DNA from: Auanema rhodensis
Lineage: Eukaryota > Animalia > Nematoda
DNA length: 64,000 nucleotides
Direction of reading: 5' to 3'
NCBI GenBank assembly: GCA_964057225.1
Contig: OZ059897.1
Span: 13,888,001-13,952,000, forward strand
Part shown: piece after piece, positions 59,242 to 64,000 of the stretch
Position numbering within the stretch: the stretch's first letter is position 1
How the letters are laid out: each line of letters begins with the position of its first letter
The notes under the pieces: model-generated
Databases searched by the model: none
Told to the model about the DNA's origin: nothing
What the model saw: the letters and a program-made list of their open reading frames with translations, nothing else
Made by a program: the position numbers and the translations under genes

Positions 59242-62200
59242 TATTTAGGAAATATAAATTAAGAATATTGAATAAATTTAAAATATTTGATGATAAAGAT
59301 GAGAATATTTCTGATGTTTCAGTTGAAGATGATGATGATGATGATAGAAAAAAATGAGGACAGAATGAAAAAGATCTCTTTGAAAACATAAACTGGATGT
59401 TGTTATTATGGTTTGATGGACAACATGATGATGATAAATGAATGTGAGCAGGTATCTGTTTCCTAATTTAGAAAATGAATGTCTTATTCTGGAACTGAGT
59501 GCTAAAACAGACGGAATCAACACATGCAACACACTATGACGTCAGACTCTTGTGCAAAAAAATATATGAAGAAAAATCCAGAAACTGTCGTCAATTGTAT
59601 TGGAAGACATGCTAGAAAGAAGAATAGAACGAACGAAAGATAGGATGTGAGGTGAGAATGTGAGTGGGTCAGTTAAGATGAAAGAGAAGTAGAGAAATGA
59701 GTCGAGATGGCATGAATGAAATAGTGATTGGAAAGGCTGTTTGATGACGACGCGTCTCGTGTTTGAGGACAAAATAGTCGCAATGTATAGAATCAGAGCT
59801 TTGAAGATAAAGAGAAGATGAGAAGACACATTCGAGTAGTGCTCAGGTAATTATTGAAACCTAGTACATAGCATGTATAGAACTTTAATTTACACATAAG
59901 TAGACGAAATCAATAACGATAATGATCTTATAAGTTCAGATTTTCTTTCTTTAATACTAAAGATGGTTCAAAGATTTTAATGTTGATTTCTAAGTTTGAA
60001 GATCGCATGGCCGTCAAAATATGAAAGAGAAGGTCATAAAGTAAAAAAAATAAAGAAATTTTCGCTTTTTCTCTGAACTATTCAAGGTTTACAAGCAAAT
60101 AAAACTATTTTTATACTTTACAAATGAAATTGAAGGATATGTCAAATATAAATCTAAGTTATAAGAAAGTAGTAACTACATGACATTGGTGATTGTATTA
60201 TGACCATTCTATGACTATCTATATCTTTAACTATATTTTACTCGGAAAATATTGATTGAATATAATAGATTTTAGATATAGATATAGATAATATTATATT
60301 GATATGTACATATGTATGTGTATACAATTAAAAAAAAAATAATATTTTTAAACAAATAATCATTAAAATTGAAAATTGTTTGTTAAGAAAGCTGGTAGGT
60401 TCAAGAAATGAGCATTCTTATCTCTTTTTTCCGTGTTATTATGAAAGATAAAGCTATAAGTGAATCCTTCTCTCTCTTTCTTTCTGATTTTTATCTATCT
60501 CTTCATAATTCACAGTATAATCACAAAGAAATTCTTTTAAAAATTAAAAAAATTTATTAAAAAATGAAATATGAAATAAATCTAAAATATATATTAAAAT
60601 TAAAAAATTAAAATTGATTGATATATTATGTTATGATATATTAAACTTGAATGAATATATTCATTTCATTGTTAAAATATTTTAAAAATAATATTAATTA
60701 ATTGACTTAACCTATTGTTTTTCTCATATCTTATCTATTTCTATAATAATTATTTAAAAGTTTAAATACTTTTAAATTTTTGTTTTTTACATTTATAATA
60801 TTTTTCTTTTATTTTCTTTTACTAATGTATATTATGAATTCAAAAATTCAATTTTTAAATATTTAAAAAGATTTTTTCTATTTAAATGTAACGACTCTTT
60901 TGGAAAATATTCTTTGTTCTATATAATTCGTTGTCAAAAAAAATAATATTCTCAGGTTTTTAAATTGTGGTAATTGTTTGTTCTATAGCTTGAATAGCAG
61001 AATTTTCTGCTTTTTTTTTTTTTTGCAAAATCACATGTACATATATGCATGTATATGTATATGTACAGGTGAAAATGAACATATTGACAGTTTACCTCAT
61101 CGACGAACATTTTTTTAAGAATTGTTCAAGCTTTAATAAAAAAAAATAAAGTTTTTATATTGTTAGATGTGTATATAATTACAATATTTATGTTTTTCAA
61201 ATATTTCTTTTGTTTATTATCATTTTATTTTTCAAATTGTTAATATGGTATGTTGATTTTTCCTCTAATCATATTCATATTTCAATGAACTTTTTTATAA
61301 TATTCATAATTTTCAGAAAAAATTATTTATTTCTATTGTCTAGACATAATCATTTGTTTATTTGTATTTTAATATTTTATTTATAATAAAATAAGAATAT
61401 TATAATATTTTAAAGATTATATAATCTTTAATTATTTCAAGATTTTGCTGCTTTGTTTGAATGAAGCAGTTAATCCTTCTCTCTCGCTCTCCCACTCTGT
61501 CTTTTTTTTTTCAGAAATTGTAGAACATTTATCAACTATGAATATGTTTTGTTGCAATTTGTTCAAAGAATATTTTTTTGTAGTAATAAGCAACCAAATT
61601 ACTCCATTTTTTCTCATCAGAGAGTCAGGCCGACGATTTTTATAGCATTTTTCATTTTCCTTCGATGAATCAATTGCTCAATTTTACGCCTCATTTCATG
61701 AACCTTCAAATTTTCTAAGAATTGACCAAAAAAAAGATTGTGAGATATCAATATTTCCACCTCAGTTCCAGATTGAAGAATAATTGAGTTTTGTATATGA
61801 AAAACTCGAGATTTGGTAATGAGAAGAAATATAAAAAAGAAGTATAATATAACTCAAAAATATCTGAAAATTTAACTATATGTATAGTTAAATATATTTG
61901 AATATGATTAAAACTTATTTTTGGAATCTCATTCTAATGTCAATTTTCCCACATAAAATCTATAATTATATTCTAAATGATTGAATCTATTAAAATTAAA
62001 TAATCTTAATGTATTAAATATGAGTTTAAAATTTTTTTTTTAAATTAATATTTTTTTGGGTTTATTCAATTCCTTAAATGGAATTTGTCACATTGTATAC
62101 AAACATACATGTACATGTTTTAGTAATTGCACTAGACGGTTGCCTTGCTTTGACGTCAACGAAGTTCCATTATTTTATTTCGGAGGAATATTTTAAGAAG

Positions 62201-62335
62201 TATATAAAGATATAAAAATAACTATTTAATGTTTAAATATAAATATATAAATATAGAAAGAGATAGAGATAAGAAGAAGAAATTTATGTTAAAATAAAAT
62301 AAATTAAGTACAAAAGTTGAAGATATACAGATGTA

Positions 62336-63038
62336 CAGTCCTGTGCGATGAAGGTTGCACACCCCTATGTTAGAGGCCCCAGAATTCCCCTTCAAACTAC
62401 AAAAAAATTTTTTTTTTTAATTTCAAAAAGTTTGCGAGTTCATATAGTATATATTCAGTCAAAATATATGTTAATATAACTAAAACTGATTTCAATATTA
62501 TTTTTCTAAATTTATAAGGAAAAATAGTGTTTTTTGACTATTTTGAATAATTCATCTTAATATAACAAAATTTGAGATTAGGAAAGAAGTTAATTCATTA
62601 GAAATGTTTTAAAATGATTCTAAGCACAAAGCTCAATCAATAACAAAGTTTTTGTCTGCAACATAGCTTCAAGCAAGTAAGCTTCAACATCTGAATCTTA
62701 CTGAATATCTATGAAGAGAACTTGGTTAACATACAACCAAATTCTCCCGTTTAAAAGAAAAATTGACCTTTAGGGTACTCCTAACACTATATCAAAAAAT
62801 TATTTCTGAAATCTTGATGAAACTTCTGAAATTCACGAAAGAAGACTTAAAGCAGTTTATGAAAATTTCGAAGACTTCAGAAAATACTTTTAAACATGAT
62901 TTTTAAAATGTTTTAAACTTTTTCTAAATTCATTATCGTTTTTTAACATTCAAAATATATTTTTTCTGAATTTTTGTAGTTTGTCTGAGAAGGTATAAGG
63001 GTTTCTAGTGGGTGTGCAACCTTCATCGCACAGGACTG
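62336..63038. mobile_element. Non-autonomous Tc1/mariner-type MITE, 703 bp
   Basis: Perfect 29-bp terminal inverted repeats CAGTCCTGTGCGATGAAGGTTGCACACCC (62336-62364 and 63010-63038). TA on both flanks (62334-62335, 63039-63040). No transposase ORF inside. Confidence 0.93.
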
Positions 63039-63679
63039 TATGTATGTATGTGCATATGTATGAAGTTGAAGCAAAAATGTAATTATACAGTATAGTTAAC
63101 AGAAATGTTTTCTGTAACTTATTTAGGATTGAAAAGCAAAGTAAGTATTAGTACTTCTTTGTACTAATATTCATTTTTTATGAATAGATGTAATATACAT
63201 AGATCACTGTAATAAGTGAGATGAATAAGAAAAGAAGGTTTTTTTTTTCCTTTAAGTATATGTTTTCATGAGTATAGTATAGTATAGCAACGATGAATAA
63301 TTTCATATGTCTGGTTCCTGTTATACAATTCTTTATTTCTCACATCCGGATGTTATTGCATGATTTTTCGAAAGACAACCATCTAATCTTTGAGTTCAGT
63401 TTGTTTCTTATATTTTCTCTCCTTGACTCAGCCTTTTTTATTTTTGGTGATTTTTTTTTACCTTTTTCCAGTATTGAAACCATTATTTTGCTGTTTTAGA
63501 CAACTTGATCCGGAGGTCGTTCGAGTGTTTTTTGCATTTTACTTTACTATGTGTCTCCTTGTTTCAATGATCTATGATGATCATATATTTAATTTTTCTA
63601 GCTTTTCTATTCAGAAAAAGAACATGCTTAATATTTTTTGTGAATTGTAGTCTTGCTGTTCAAAGTTCAATAGCACACC

Positions 63680-63730
63680 ATGGAGAGATCAGAATTATAC
63701 GCCCCTCCTTCCCATTCAAATACTATAGAT
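63680..63730 (+). CDS. Possible first coding exon (MERSELYAPPSHSNTID) of a gene continuing past the right edge
   Basis: CACCATGG start context and a strong GTGAGT donor. The nearest acceptor (about 63862) gives an early stop, so it is uncertain. Confidence 0.3.
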
Positions 63731-64000
63731 GTGAGTTCATAAGTATCTCATGAGAGCTTGAAAGTCACATTGTTCTTCTTTCTTTTTTTAAATTAAGTTG
63801 ATGATTCATTTAAGTTCTTGTATAGTTTTGCTTATACTTTTTAAAAAAAATGTTCTTTACAGGTGTATGCATGACTAATTTAATCTCCATGACAACAAGA
63901 GCAGTAAGCACAAAATACTAGAAGTCCATTGGCTTGTCTGTGATGAACAAGACACTACTTTATATATTTTTTTTCAACAATACTATACATGTTTTCTCAA

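Overview
AT-rich, intron-dense eukaryotic DNA from a rhabditid (Caenorhabditis-like) nematode: introns are mostly about 40-60 nt and TTTCAG acceptors often sit just before start codons. The ORF track shows only exon fragments, so genes were spliced by hand. Left to right: 5' exons of an unidentified large minus-strand gene running off the left edge; a MUT-7/EXD3-family 3'-5' exonuclease without the MUT7-C domain; a cuticle collagen; a klp-15/16/17-like kinesin-14; a secreted PLA2; a probable operon misc-1 > mrpl-41 > djr-1.1 with two GC-AG introns; a full-length P-glycoprotein; klp-3; two orphan-like spliced ORFs; an SLC17-like MFS transporter with an unusually large Thr-rich, possibly furin-cleaved first loop; a CYP2-clan P450; a secreted Cys-repeat/(Gly-Met)8 protein; a WWOX/dhs-7-like SDR; and a Tc1/mariner-type MITE with perfect 29-bp TIRs. 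I found no tRNA, rRNA, snRNA or CRISPR array. I cannot support a new multi-gene system. The best novelty candidates are the mucin-loop SLC17, the truncated MUT-7 paralogue, the GM-repeat secreted protein and the orphan ORFs. All family names come from recalled motifs, not database searches.
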